Source of the DNA: Octopus sinensis
Taxonomy: Eukaryota
Assembly (NCBI RefSeq): GCF_006345805.1
Contig: NC_043003.1
Location: 111,228,001-111,292,000 of the forward strand
Direction: 5' to 3'
Length of the DNA stretch: 64,000 nt
Both the position numbers and the translations under genes were made by a program. The notes under the pieces were generated by a model. It worked only from the letters and a program-made list of their open reading frames with translations, was not told the origin of the DNA and did not search any database. Position 1 is the stretch's first letter; each line of letters starts with the position of its first letter. Of the stretch, positions 27,007 to 40,890 are shown piece after piece.

Positions 27007-27689
27007 CTGTGTGTGCCTGCAGGTATGTGAGCGTGAATGTCTGCTTGTGTGTATGTATGCATGTTTCTATAAATGTATATGTTTTTGTGTGTATATGTTA
27101 ATGCTAATATCATGAAATTTCTTGATCCCTTTCTATTGGAAATATTTTTAAAAGAATTATTACTCCTAAAGTGTGCTTATGTTCTTACACATTTATATAT
27201 GAGATTTCGGGAAACAATACAGTGGTTGAGGTTAATATTACAGTATACCCTTTACGCATTTGTGTGTTTCTCTATATGCACCTATCGTTTACCAACTACA
27301 TCCTGTTAATACCTGCTCTGCGCAACTCTCCACTGATCCACAGATTAAACTATGATGATATTCAAGTGAATATTTAAGGCATATACCTAGGGTATTTATT
27401 GGTCTTACAGAAAGGCTCACCGAAATTTCCACATCTATCGTCAACTTTTATATCAATATAAACTATTACCTCAAATGGATCCAGTATAAACACCTAAGTT
27501 CATGCAATATTAGAGTAAGATACATTAACACTTGAGATAGACGTTTTGGCATCAAATTACACACTGTTCTCGACAGGAACACATAAAAGCCTACAGGAAT
27601 CCATATTTACAAACTGATAAGGATGCATAACTCTAGTAACTCTACTAGAAATAGAAGCCCAAATTTTTCTCAAATCAAAAAATTACATA

Positions 27690-27842
27690 CTGTTCTATAT
27701 TTACATTCGACGGATATGTGTCCTCAGCTTGTTTGTTGCGACCACAACGATTCGGCTGATTTACTCCCCAGCCTTCATCAGGTGTCCTGGTAGAATTTTG
27801 AACCCAAACATGGGTTCTCATTTCTAAGGCATTTTTTGCTGA

Positions 27843-27939
<97 letters not shown>

Positions 27940-28018
27940 TATACAAGGCACTGCCAAGAATTGAACTCGGAATCCTAGGTTTAGAAGCTTACGCTCTTAA
28001 CCATTATGCTATATGCCC
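27690..28018 (-). mobile_element. tRNA-headed SINE, family D, with an (AAT)n middle and an HHR-like 3' domain
   Basis: The - strand reads gggcatatagcataatggttaagagcg...gagttcaattcttggcagtgcc (A/B-box-like), then (AAT)~32, then gacacCTGATGAaggctg...cagccGAATCgttgtg. Confidence 0.75.
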
Positions 28019-28329
28019 GCGTATTTTAAGATATCTTTTGTGATGTTTTGCAGCTTCAATAATAATAAAGTGCATATATATGTGTGTGCATGTATATATA
28101 TATATAATTTAATATACATATATATATATATATTTACATATACAAAATTAAATATATATATGTATATATGTATGTGTATATATATTCTCACCCTTTTCTC
28201 ACTATCTCCCTCGCTCTCTCTTTCTCTCTGTCTCTCTCTCTCATGATACATAGATATATGCACATGCATATACATATAAAGAAAGGTAGTTAGGAAGACA
28301 CATAAATAGATCGATCGATCGATCGATAT

Positions 28330-28399
<70 letters not shown>

Positions 28400-29084
28400 G
28401 GATAGATAGATAGATATTATGTCATGTGTACTTTGTACAAAATACTGTAACTTAAATTGTGCTACATTTTTCTCCCAATGAGCAATCTAACAAACACTTA
28501 TACAGTCATTCTGCGTTGTATATTAAAACATATTTCAAATTAGGACTAGAAACATGGGTTAAAACGGTAATCTTCTTATGAATTTAAATATAGGTCATAT
28601 AAACAAAAATAGGATTCCTACAAATGCATAGATTGAAGATAATAGGTTTTTAAATTTATGACATTTTTTTTCCTGATGTAGGCTTATGAATCTGCATTCG
28701 AACTGATTTTCAGCTTTTTGCCTTCGCCTGAAAATATGTTCATCTTTTATATAAGCCCTTCTTACACAAACAATAGCACTTCTCTGGGTTTCCACCATGT
28801 GTTTGTGCCGTAAATTTATATAACTTTAAGTTATCTTGTATTACACTTAGTTTTTAATTTCGTCACGTTTTTCGTCAAACAAATACGTGGAAATATGTTC
28901 ATGCTGTATATTTAGAATCATTTCAGAATTATTAGGAAAGCGCAAATACCTACTCTTACACTCATTTACACTTACAAGTGCGTGTCAAAGTGAGTAAATA
29001 TGAGAGGACAGTTGTCGTAAATATATAGCAATGGTGCATAGATACATTACATACGTATATACATACATGTATACATACATATAT

Positions 29085-29121
<37 letters not shown>

Positions 29122-32100
29122 GTGTATTCAAAATGAATATGTCAAATAGATATGCTTTAATTAATGAATGGTAATTGCACGCTGTGTGTGCTTGTGTGTA
29201 TGTGTGTGTATGAGTGTGTGTGCATATCTAGAATATGCGCACCTAAAATGTCCCTTGGGATAAAAGTGATTTTAACAAGAACCTGGTTTCTTTGAAAGGC
29301 TCGTAATAGATAATACAATATCAATGACATCACAATGTTTACTTAAAAATCTAATTCTCTTTTGTTTTAGAAATACAATGTAGGCATTCCGTTCACTTGA
29401 TATATACCATAGTCCCGGTTTTATATCCAGTCAGCATATCACTCGATTCTTTATAAGTTATATTAAATATATATATCATCAATATCTACTAATTATTAAT
29501 ACATGCGTGCTCAATTTTAGCATTTATATTAATTTTGTTTCATACACTGTCTTCGGAAATGTATTAAGATTTCATTATTAGTTGAAGTTCTATTCTAACC
29601 CAACCACTCGCACATTTCACGTAATTTAAATTACATTAAAATCGGAATTGACAATATGATGAACTTGCAACGTGATTTACTACGTATTTTTTAGAAACAT
29701 TTTTCGTAAATATGTGACAATTATATATGAGAATTGAATGCATTATACTGAGTGAGGAATATTAAGCATCTCATATTTTGTATGCATTCTAATATATTAT
29801 GCACACATACGCGGCGAATAGAAGCCAATCAGAGTAATATTGTCTCCAAATTTTATATTTCAGATAATATATAAATTCAGTAAATAAAAATAGTTCATTG
29901 TTAATTATGTATTTGCTAATGTAATTCTAAAACATTAGAATTGATTAATAATTTAAAAGACTGATTCGTCAATACTTAATATACTTTTGTTTTAGTAACA
30001 ATTACATAAGATTTTTGAGGACACATTTTGGTATTGTTGTAAATATCCTGTTCAGCGATACTGTGTACAGCTTACTTTCAGATGAAGTATTATTTACTGA
30101 ATTTACTGCATTAAATATGTTAATACACACATAAATTATATAGTCTAAATATTATTCTCTAACCAATTCTAATTTCATACTCCTTTCTACGAACCTTTTT
30201 TCTGCTTACTCTTAGCGAATATTATGCACTATTAATGGATGATGCTAAACATAATATACCCTTATTTTTGCCAATAAGAATTTGACCATAATATTGATAA
30301 ATGGCTACTATTATTTTCTTGTAATATTTTGTAGCGTAGATTTTAATATCCGACAATATTTCATATGAGAACTCTTGAGAGAACTGTTCTCTTTAACGTG
30401 ACTGATATAAATGACACTAACATATACAGCAGCATTACGAAAAATCTTTATCTATCAACAGATAACGTCGTGGCAGGTTAAATAAATTACTTGATAATAT
30501 TAGGAATTTTATGAGAGCTGATACTAGTTGAAATTGTAATTATATTGTATATGAAGAATTTATATATCAAACAAAAGATTTAACGAAGAGTGTGACACTA
30601 TGCTAAATCACATAATTACCAATTATTAGTAAAACACAGGCCGTGGTACAAATTTTTATGTATGCATCCATGCATAAAGAGGTGTGCATGTATGAATATA
30701 TTTTTCTGAATCGGAATTCAAAACTTAACGTCAAACAAGAATGTCTTCTAGTTCGATAGATCTTTGCTATCCTTTTATTGACGGTTGATTGAATTTACAT
30801 TCCTATGTTATAAAATTATTTTCAGATTGGGAAAATATAAAAACCGTTGTAGGTCAATGATTAAAATATGTAAATAAGTAAATATGTTTTATTTGAAGTG
30901 ATAGCACATGCGTGTGCATGTGTGTATGTGTGTGGGGTATGAATGTATGATCCAGTAAATAAGTTAATTCTCAATGTATTTGTTCAAAAGTTGGTGAATA
31001 GCTAAAGTTATGTTTCCTCCCCCAATGAAAGAAAATAAGAAAATATAGCCAAAAGTCTGCTTTCATTGCATTTCACTTGATTTCCTTCAATTGACCTGAT
31101 AAGGTGTTAAGAAACAGAACAGAAAGGAATTGTATATGTAAATGCTCAAAAGCCATGGAGTGCAGATATATGAGCTGATTTAAGAAGTATATTTTATTTC
31201 TTTAGCTATTAGAATAATGCTTCTTAAATATAATGAACGGATACATTGTATTCAATAGGAAATCTGCTTGAAAACTTAAAAATTAACGTAATATTGTAGG
31301 CCAACAGGGAAATTAAGTATCAGAAAATTCTATTTGAATATCAGTTTTAAAGCCTTTCAATCAAAAGCATGTCAAAATTTACAACAATCTCCCCAGTATG
31401 AAATACCTTGGTTTACTAACCTACCCCAAATCAAATCATTCTAAAACCAAATAACTCCCGCATTTCAAAGTGGGAAAGTAAAATTCTGTATGAACTTTAG
31501 TTGCGGTTTCATTATATGGAAATATTTCGAAATAAAAATTATATGTATGGAAGCATTTATCTCAATATAAATATTATTATTGCATGTAAACGATAGGAGA
31601 TGAATGAAAACAACTATTTTTACTTATATCACTCTTGTATTGTTAGGAAGCAATGACTGATGTTAGAATTTGCTTGAAAATATACGCAGAAAAATACCGT
31701 TGATAACCAAAACAAGAGATCACTATGGTGCTTTCATTATATACCTATATTTGTATCAATGTCCAGCAGGCGTTAGAATGGAAAAAATACTTTGAATAAG
31801 AAATTCAGATCGATTTTTCATAAAATAAAAACACATATCAATGGAGATAACTAAGAATACTATTTCTTATCGTTCAATATTATTAAGATATATCCCCTCT
31901 AGCAATGTACTTTATTTTTTATAGACCTATAGGCTAAATATAACTTGAAATTTCATAATAAAATATAGCGAAACATTTGATTATATACTGACATAAAAAT
32001 TCATTATGTAGAGTTTATAAAACGTTGAGTGTAAACGAGAACCTTTTACACATTTGATATAATGAACTGAGCTTCAAGATGTAGAATGTACAAATAAAAA

Positions 32101-32371
32101 GTTATGATATTATCGGAATGTGGTGTCTGTGTTGGTCAGGAAATTAGTTAATAGATGAAGATTGATAAAATCGTTATACAGCTTGTTTTAATGTGAAAAT
32201 ACGACATTAAATGTTTGATGAAATGTCTACACTGATAATCTATTTATCAACGAGCAATTAAGGAAGCATCAGCGATGTTCTTGGATCTTATACATATACA
32301 TAAGGTACAACAACATCACTGTATATATATATTCTGTTGTGACTGAGGAGAATCATTTAACACACACACAC

Positions 32372-32545
32372 ACCGGTGAAACTATACATGCAGGTTCATC
32401 GGTGCTGGTGTAGCTGGAGATGTGGCCGGCCTCTTTATGACCTGGTGGGACAGAAAGCTTAAGCATATACTAGCAAGAACAGTCCACAACTCTCTTACTC
32501 TAGAGTAGATATGTAGATGACATTAATATCATAGTTAGAACCAAG
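32372..32545 (+). pseudogene. Penelope-like element reverse-transcriptase fragment (frameshifted)
   Basis: Translates to FIGAGVAGDVAGLFMTWWDRKLK. After a frameshift it reads RYVDDINII (YVDD at 32510-32521). This resembles PLE RT motifs B and C. Confidence 0.75.
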
Positions 32546-32577
32546 TCTAGTATATATATATATATATATAAATGTAG

Positions 32578-32756
32578 AGAGAAGTCACGACAAAAACAGA
32601 AGACAGAGACAGGTGGTGTAGAAAACAAACAGATGTATTAGTATAACGCTCAGAAATTGAAAAAAATCTTTTAGGTTTCGAGCCTACGCGCTTCTACAGA
32701 AAGGAACACAGAAAGAAACAAGGAAAGAAAAAAATGTGTGTAGTGGCTCCCGATCT

Positions 32757-32760
<4 letters not shown>
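32578..32760 (-). mobile_element. Dispersed repeat family E with a variant HHR-like core
   Basis: The reverse complement matches 54140-54285 (ctgtagaagagcgtaggctcgaaac...ctgagcgttatactaatacatctgtttgttt). Confidence 0.75.
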
Positions 32761-32800
<40 letters not shown>

Positions 32801-32852
32801 ATATATTATATATATATATATATATATATGTACATGCATATACATGTATGTA

Positions 32853-32887
<35 letters not shown>

Positions 32888-32906
32888 GTATCTCTCTCTC
32901 TCTGTA

Positions 32907-32964
<58 letters not shown>

Positions 32965-33416
32965 TTATGAATATTTTTATTTGCATATATACATTATATA
33001 AATATTTCTCCTTTTTATGTTTATTTAGGTAAATATGTATTCATTTGTGCCTGCACGCTTGTATTAGTAGGTATATATGTATGTACGGATGTGTGCATGT
33101 GTGTCTGTGTATTTACACTTCATCACATTTAGGAGATTGTTGGGACGGAATATATTTTTGCTCTTTCTAAAACTTTAAATTATGACGTACAGTTACGTTG
33201 CTTTTCTGTCATTCTGTCCTCGCGTGATATGACGTGAATTTTAACAATTTTCAAATCGAAACTGAAGTTATATTTATTTTTCGGACCTCACCAGCTGTAA
33301 TACTTTTCTTTCTTTACGCTCAATTTCCCTGTTTGCCTATATAGTAATACCTCAACTGTCGCAGTTATAAAACACCCCGGATAAGTGAAAAGCCGCGAAG
33401 TAAAACAAGTAGTGTT

Positions 33417-33631
33417 CTCTTTTTACTCTTTTCACTTGTTTCAGTCTTGTTTGACTGCGGCCATACTGGAGCACCGCCTTTTAGTCGAGCAAATCGACCC
33501 CGGCACTTATTCTTTCTAAGCCCAGTACTTATTCTATCGGTCTCTTTTTGCCGAACCGCTAAGTGACGGGGACATAAACACTCCAGCATCGGTTGCCAAG
33601 CAATGCTAGGGGGACAAACACAGACACACAA

Positions 33632-33662
<31 letters not shown>

Positions 33663-33834
33663 CATATATACGGCAGGCTTCTTTCAGTTTCCGTCTACCA
33701 AATCCACTCACATGGCATTGATCGGCCCGGGGCTATAGTAGAAGACACTTGCCCAAGGTGCCACGCAGTGGGACTGAACCCGGAACCATGTGGTTGGTTA
33801 GCAAGCTACTTACCACACAGCCACCTTTGCGCCT
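33417..33834 (-). mobile_element. Family-A SINE, well-preserved full-length copy
   Basis: Continuous match to the other family-A copies from the tail (cttgtttcagtc) to the head (ccacacagccacctttgcgcct). Confidence 0.92.
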
Positions 33835-35124
33835 ATATATTCTCTATATTTATTTTCTGTATATCTATTTTCATGTTTATTATTTATATATATTTATTTT
33901 ATAATAAATGCAAACAACACCACAGAGGAATGGACGTCAGCTTAAAAAATAAACCGCGATAGACGAACCACCATAGGTGAACGGCGATATGGCGAGCGAT
34001 TACTGTATCTTGTCGCTCCTTGTTTGATTCCTGACACGAATTTAAATATGATGAGTCTAATTTTAATTAAACTGTGCCGCTTCGCACAGCCTATCTTCCC
34101 TTTCATGTTATTATTTCTAATTCTTCCTCTGAGTTAATGAGGTAACATTTTTCCTAGATATTTTTTTACGCCATCTCTTATTATATTTCATTTTTAATGA
34201 TACATTATGATATAGATTCTGCATTCAAGTTGGCTATATTGATTTCATCACGTGACAGTTAAAGCCGTTTTGCAACTTGTTGTCGCAAAATGTTTAGATT
34301 AATGTTAATGTCGATATTCTACGAAAATTTGATGTAGAAGTAAAACGTTACGATATTGTAAAACCATTAAAATATGCAGCACAAACGGTGCGAACATTTA
34401 ATGAGAAGAATAAAACAAGACTACGTACTGAAGAAATTATCGCTTCAAGTGCCGAAACATTGTTCATTAGAGATCTTCAGGCTTAAAAGGCAACGACTCG
34501 TGTGTATGTGTATGTGGATCGACAAGTTTAAATCTACTATGGCAGTAAATATGGGCTATATACGCAGTTTAGTACACTATGCTACGACACAATGGAATAA
34601 ATAACACAACAGATATAACGTCTCGTTCCATTGACTTCGGGAATCATTATAATAGCAAATTTGAAATTTAAAGGAAAAATATAAAAAAGCAAATGTGTGT
34701 TCATTCTAACAAATATTTCCATTCCTGCAAGTAATATATTTGTATTTCTACCAATTCCCGATCGGCTTTAAATATTTAACATTTGTTAGGTTAGAAATTT
34801 CAGGACAAACAAAATCAATTTTACAAACGGAAATCATAAAAAAGTAAGTTATTATAATCAATACATTTTATCAAAACACTTCTAATAAAATTCTGACATG
34901 AAATATTATTTAAAAATTTTGTTTAAAGATGTTCCTGAAAGGAAATTTTGCATTAATTCTATTTCCAGACAATTCACATCAATTATCGAATTCTTAAAAA
35001 CAGTCATGTCATAAAATAATTTATTCTGAAAATTTTATATTTCAATCATCGAAATTTATCAACACTATTTTGCCACATGTTGTAAAACCGCAAGAAGAAA
35101 AAACGATGAGGACGATGATGATGA

Positions 35125-35183
35125 TGAGGAGGACGACAATAACAACATCAATAATAATAATAATAATAATAATGATAATAATA

Positions 35184-35238
<55 letters not shown>
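35125..35238. repeat. (GAT/AAC/AAT)n trinucleotide array
   Basis: Read directly. Confidence 0.95.
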
Positions 35239-35239
<1 letters not shown>

Positions 35240-35795
35240 GCTCTGATGCAGTACCAGGCAGTGGCTCTCATGGCTTCTGATCTTAACTGATTGGAAGTAT
35301 TATCATGTACACTGTTTTGTCTTGATATAAAATGTGGGCTACAGTAAATATTCTGCTCAATACCACATATTTGCATGTCAGTTGTTTGACCTTAACCGGT
35401 TGAGCATGTCCCTTAGTGGCTGGCGATATGTGCATCTCTAATCACGAGCAGAAGTAGTGGGGGAGCATCATAGTCATGTGTGAGAAGGATTCTGTGGGCT
35501 TTGAATAAGTCACCTCTGGAAACATGGGTGTTTCGTTCAACACCCTTAACCCATATTCAGGGACCTTTTGAGTGGGATGGGTTACTCAAGCAGAAGAAAA
35601 TTCTAACTGGGCCCCACTTGCAAGATCATGCGCTGTTTATCTAGATATGAGATCACCATGTCGCGCACATATGGTTGTGATGCATGTTTCTAGTTTACCC
35701 TTATCAGACGGGAAATCATGATGGGTATATAGGACTTCGTATATTTTACCCCATTGTGACTTTGACGGCATGCACTGTTCTCACACTCAATAACA
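35238..35795. mobile_element. ~550-bp GC-richer interspersed repeat bracketed by (AAT)n, likely a retroelement end or non-autonomous derivative
   Basis: Sharp compositional step with AAT arrays at both ends. Resembles an abundant octopus repeat from memory, not verified. Confidence 0.5.
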
Positions 35796-35834
35796 ATAAT
35801 AATAATAATAATAACAATGATAAAAATCTTTTAT

Positions 35835-36235
35835 ACAATAGGATTGGGGCGCGAAATTTTGGGGGATGGGGATAGCCAATTACTGGACTCATTTGCTAAA
35901 CTGGTACTTTTTCCATCCACTCCGAAAGGATGAAGTACAATGTCGACCTCGATAAAATTTGAACGAAACACCATGAAAGAAGAAGAAGAAGAAGAAGAAG
36001 AAGAAGAAGAAGAAGAAGAAGAAGAAGAAGAAGAAGAAGAAGAAGAAGAAGAAGAAGAAGAAGAAGAAGAATCCTTTCTATTATAGGGAGAAGGCTTGAA
36101 ATGTTGGACCAGGGGCCAGTTATTTAAATCGACCCAAGTAACTCAACAGGTACTAATTTTATCATCCTCGATACGGTGAACAGCAAAGTCGACTTCGTGG
36201 ATTTTGAACTCAGGACAGACGAATTGCCGCTAAAT
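35835..36235 (-). mobile_element. Two degenerate family-B SINE pieces separated by (GAA)~30
   Basis: ctggtact...cgaaaggatgaag...gtcgacctcg...aatttgaac occurs twice; (GAA)n at about 35978-36070. Confidence 0.6.
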
Positions 36236-36732
36236 GATGATGATGAGGAGGAGGAGAAGATTACAATGCCTCTTTTGTTGATCTCAGGATGTATTCATGC
36301 ATAAAAAGGCTATAAACGTCCTTGCAAGTATCCGTGTGTACGCACAAGGTTTATCGTAAATTGATGGACGGTGGAGTGAGGACGGTGTAAGATGCATGAT
36401 TATATATATGTTTTATCGATGAATTACATATGTGTGCTTATTTGTTTGTGCACGCGTGTGTGTGTGTGTGCATGCGTTCATGTACTTATAATTGAATGCA
36501 GATATTTAAATAACCGTATAGTGAAATATATTCAAGGCATTTACATGCAAAAGCTCATGTAGGGGTGAGATAACACGTTATGGATTTCATCACCGCATCC
36601 TAGAAAGCAGACTAATTTCTAGTTCCATATCCGAGGCTTTCATATTTTCTTGAAAATACCCACCTTCTCGTATTTCTAAAACAGTTTCTGGTTCGATTGA
36701 CTCTTTCGAGGAATAATTTTACTTTCCTTTAC

Positions 36733-36888
36733 TTTGTTCTCAAGCATTTTCCACTTTTTCCTATCATCAATCTCACCATCACTTTTAGACCATGTATTCT
36801 CACGTCCTGAGTTGTCTTTTGCACCTGACGCTGTAGAAGATACGGCAATATTTACTTTAGCACTGGTGCTGCATTCGTTTGTGAAGAT
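36733..36888 (-). CDS. Candidate exon (phase 0 to 0; IFTNECSTSAKVNIAVSSTASGAKDNSGRENTWSKSDGEIDDRKKWKMLENK)
   Basis: Acceptor ctatctacatgcag, donor AAA|gtaaag, 156 nt. In frame with the exon across a 75-nt intron. Confidence 0.35.
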
Positions 36889-36963
36889 CTGCATGTAGAT
36901 AGTATATCAAATTTTCTTTGCCTATTCTTGGAAAAATTTTCTGAAGCAATTGTGTACACTAAC

Positions 36964-37094
36964 TTTTGGCAGAACCACAACAATTTCCGTCTCCCTTCTA
37001 AAATATGCTTTTTTATAGCTGTTTATCCTTTTCAATTCTAGGTATTTACTTAAATATTCAATATTTGCTAATCTGCTTCCAAATCCACGCATAT
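36964..37094 (-). CDS. Candidate exon (phase 1 to 0; MRGFGSRLANIEYLSKYLELKRINSYKKAYFRRETEIVVVLPK)
   Basis: Acceptor gtcatgcatag, donor AAA|gttagt, 131 nt open frame. Confidence 0.35.
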
Positions 37095-39749
37095 CTATGC
37101 ATGACAGTGCGAGTATGTGGTGTGTGTATAAGTGTGAGTGTGCGTGTTGTGCGAGTGTGATATTGATGACTGCTTATAGCTCTCTTTTTTCTTCTACCCA
37201 TATTTTTATCAATAATATGAGCTAACATTTCGCTTAGAAATTTGTTACTGGTGGGTACATACTTGTTTTACTTTTTATAATAATGCCCCCCCCCCAGTAT
37301 CGAGTAGATTTTTTCCAAAATTACAATATAAAAAACAATATTGTAATACATTTAACAGATATAAACCAAAAACTTTCAAGAAATGGCATATTTGCCCACA
37401 GAGGGGAAGCAAGCCTATCTTCCTACTGTAATTTTGCACAAAGTAACAGAAATAATTAATGAAGTGTTGAAAACATGTCAGCTACTTGTAAACTCAAAAA
37501 GGGCAGAAAATAAATATGTTTTGCCACAACGATAAGCAACAAAAATAACAAAAATTATACTGCCTGATATAAGCATATGACTTGTACGTTTGAGAGAATG
37601 AAATTTGCTGATAACATTGATCCTAATTTTTGGACTGCTACTGAGAAAAGTATGGAGAATGTAGATTTGAACCCAAAACATAAGGAACTGAAAGAAATAG
37701 CATTTTTCATGAAATACCATATTTTGAACGTATTTTAAAGTTTTGCTACTTTCTGCAGTGAGAATTAGCATTTATGACAAAGACAAATGTATAGTAAAAT
37801 GCCCTTAGACTTCTGCATTATATTATGAGAGCATCGAAGCACAAAATGCATTCTACAGCAAAGAAACCTATCAAATGTTTATGCATATCTCATTACTAGC
37901 AGAGTTGTTTTGAGGCTGGAAGAATACAATACGTAGGCTATTTTACAAGACTGAATCTGACCTGGTTAACAATGACGAGCAAACACTTTTAATTTCCGCA
38001 GTTTCAGTTCTGAAAGGATTTACTTTCATTTATAGCAATGTTCCCATAGCCAAGTGTATCGATGATATACTATGCAGCATTTGCTCTCTGAATATACAGA
38101 TATTATATCAAGCTAAACGTACCGAAATTGCTCACAGGTTAAACCATATTTCTTACGATAATATAAGATATGTATTTGATTTAACAACATATCAGTATCA
38201 TTTGACAATGTTATCTTTCACTAGTTTATCGCCCAGAAGCGTAATGCTTGTACTTTGTACTTTGCTCTTTATGCTGATGAAATAAAAAATATATATATAT
38301 TTAGTATGTATTACAAGTATAGGTACAGTAAATCAGTAAATAGCAACAGTAGCCTCTTGGTTAGATTTATCGATGAGTGCGAAAAATCGAAAATTTATCT
38401 TCAACATTGACACATCATTATGTATGAGTAGAAAACATGTATGTAAGTGAATGTGCATTGATGGCTTTATGTGTTGAAAAATGTTATGAATATTTATAAA
38501 CAAGTTGAGAAACTCTTTAGTATACTTCAGGATACTTTAGAAGAACCGATTCAATTATTCTCATAAGTATTCAATAGTTTCGTTATTTCATTTAAGATTT
38601 ACAGAAGGAATTCAAAACAAATTGTAACAAGAAATTCTAATTAAATGTATATTAATGACTCATTAAATATTCAATAGCAATAATTAATAATAAATATTTG
38701 AACTTTACTTTGTAGTTTTCCTCATCACATACATAACATATTCATGAGATAAAGTATTGCAAATTTATGACCGTGGCTTATCAAGATTAAGATGTTAATT
38801 TGAATATTTGTAAAACCAAAAGAAAAATAAATACCATAGAATTTCGAATAATACGTATAGAAAACCGCATAATATACAAATCCCAACATTATATTTTTTT
38901 ATAAATCTACAATCAAAATACGGTTTGAATGTTGCGTTATATATATATATGTATGTGTGTGTGTGTGTGTGTATGTGTGTGTGTGTGTGTCTGTGTGTGT
39001 ATGTGTGTGTGCGTGTATGTGTGATTGTGTAAAGATTCTGAAATATGACACAACATCGTTTTACTCAAATCAGAGGACTGACACCTCCAAATGAAATTGC
39101 ACAAAATAATGAACAAAACATCTTACATTCCATTATACAATTCTGTATCTGGGTGGTGAAGAATCTCGTGGATTTGAAAAAAAATCTATTTAAACGATTT
39201 CTTAGTGTTTATCAATGTTCTATGACTGCTATTGAGACAGTATCAAAATTAATCACCAAACAATTTTTTTTTTATATTACATATATATTTTTTTCATTAT
39301 AGGTATCCAGCATAGAAATATATGTCTAAGTCAGCTGCACTAGTTTGCCAATGTGTGTCTGCAACGTATAAACTTATACACAGACTAATACACACGCACG
39401 CACACACATACACACACACACACACATACATATATATATTACTGAGTATCTGATCATTGCACAAATAATATATATGCAGTATATATTAATAAAAATGGCG
39501 TAATATAAACGTAAACATCAAAGAAATTCAGCATCACACAGTGTATCAAGATCCAAAACGTCGAATTAAATGTACGATAACCAAAAACTTTTCTACATAT
39601 TTTCTTTGTACCGTATTTAATTGCCAAGCTATTAAAATAATCTTATCTAAGATATCACGTGCAAAACAACAGCAGATGTTTTTTGATAGTTTGTTTGCAA
39701 GTTTTAAATTGTCCAAAGTGCTTAAAGAAGTGTCTACAGGAAAGCGGCA

Positions 39750-40450
39750 AATGCCGAAAAATATGTATGTGACATATGTTGAATATGTCAGGCTCTTTGA
39801 CAAAATATATCATGAGATGATAAGTCACACGCTATGTAATCTTGGAATCACTGGAAAATTTGGAGAAGGCTGCACATTTTAAAAGATAGAAGTCAGACAG
39901 TTACAGGCGGTGGTTATCTCTCAGGGAAAACGTCCACTGTCCATGGAATCATGTAAGGAACTGTTTTAGGGCCAAAACTCCTTGCGGAGGGCCTCTCCGT
40001 TATTCCCTCTGACATGTTGTCCACCGTTGTCACCAGCTATACTGATGATACAAGATTATCACAGGCAGTCAAGAACTCTGGTGATATCCTAAAGCTAGAA
40101 GATCTGAATGCAATCTACTAGTGAGCTGATAAATGTAACATGAGTTTGAATGCCGAGGAGTCTCTATCACTCCACGCTTGACCCACGAAACGAATACAAT
40201 AGGAGTACACATAGGTTAGTGCACAGATGTTAGTGCAGTCCCATTGTCGGTGCCCTACCTGAGAATCCACGTGAGTGATGATACAGTCTAGAAAGTGTAT
40301 ATACCTGAGATGGTAACGAAGTGCCATCATGATGGCGGGTAGGGTACTAGATTTATAGATCATTCAGAACCAAGAAAAATCATACCGTTTTAATCTTATG
40401 GAGAACGTTCGTCCTCAGGGATCACCCGATCATTGCCCCCACTTCTGGCT
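39750..40450 (+). pseudogene. Decayed CR1/L2-type LINE reverse-transcriptase fragment
   Basis: Successive motifs: LFDKIYHEMISHTLCNLGITGKFG, KDRSQTV, GIM*GTVLGP (GVPQG.VLGP), SYTDDTRLSQ (YADD), EDLNAIY, LWRTFVL and DHCPHFW (DYC..W), with stops and frameshifts. Confidence 0.88.
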
Positions 40451-40494
40451 AGCTAAAACCAGTAGAATAATGTGCATATGTGTCTATCGATCTA

Positions 40495-40536
<42 letters not shown>

Positions 40537-40661
40537 ATATATATATATATATGTATATATTATGTATATATATATATGCATTTATGCACTTTCATACATA
40601 TGTGTATGTATGCGTGCCTACACACACACATACACACACACACATATATATATATGCATTC

Positions 40662-40890
40662 AAGGCGGCGAGCTGACAGAAACGTTAGCACGCCGGGCGA
40701 AGTGCGTTGCCGTATTTCGTCTGCCGTTACGTTCCGAGTTCAAATTCCGCCGAGGTCGACTTTGCCTTTCATCCTTCCGGGGTCGATAAATTAAGTACCA
40801 GTTACGCGCTGGGGTCGATGTAATCGACTTAATCCCTTTGTCAGTCCTTGTTTGTCTCCTCTGTGTTTAGCCCCTTGTGGGTAGTAAAGA
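40662..40890 (+). mobile_element. Family-B tRNA-derived SINE, young full-length copy
   Basis: ggcggcgagctgacagaaacgttagcacgccgggcg...gagttcaaattccgccgaggtcgactttgcctttcatccttccggggtcgataaattaagtaccag...ccccttgtgggtagtaaa; near-identical to the reverse complement of 46383-46598. Confidence 0.92.

Noticed and set aside
27410-27483. Peptide KAHRNFHIYRQLL resembling the myosin ERNFHIFYQLL motif
   Set aside because: Key residues differ, flanks do not match myosin, and no other motor-domain exons were seen.
30375-30476. VLFNVTDINDTN resembling a cadherin DxND motif
   Set aside because: It lacks the following N-x-P-x-F and any other cadherin-repeat motif. Octopus protocadherin ectodomains would give long ORFs.
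37570-37740. hAT-like peptide NIDPNFWTAT...KELKEIAFF
   Set aside because: Resemblance to the hAT dimerisation region is too weak (no S.A..ER.FS motif) to call.
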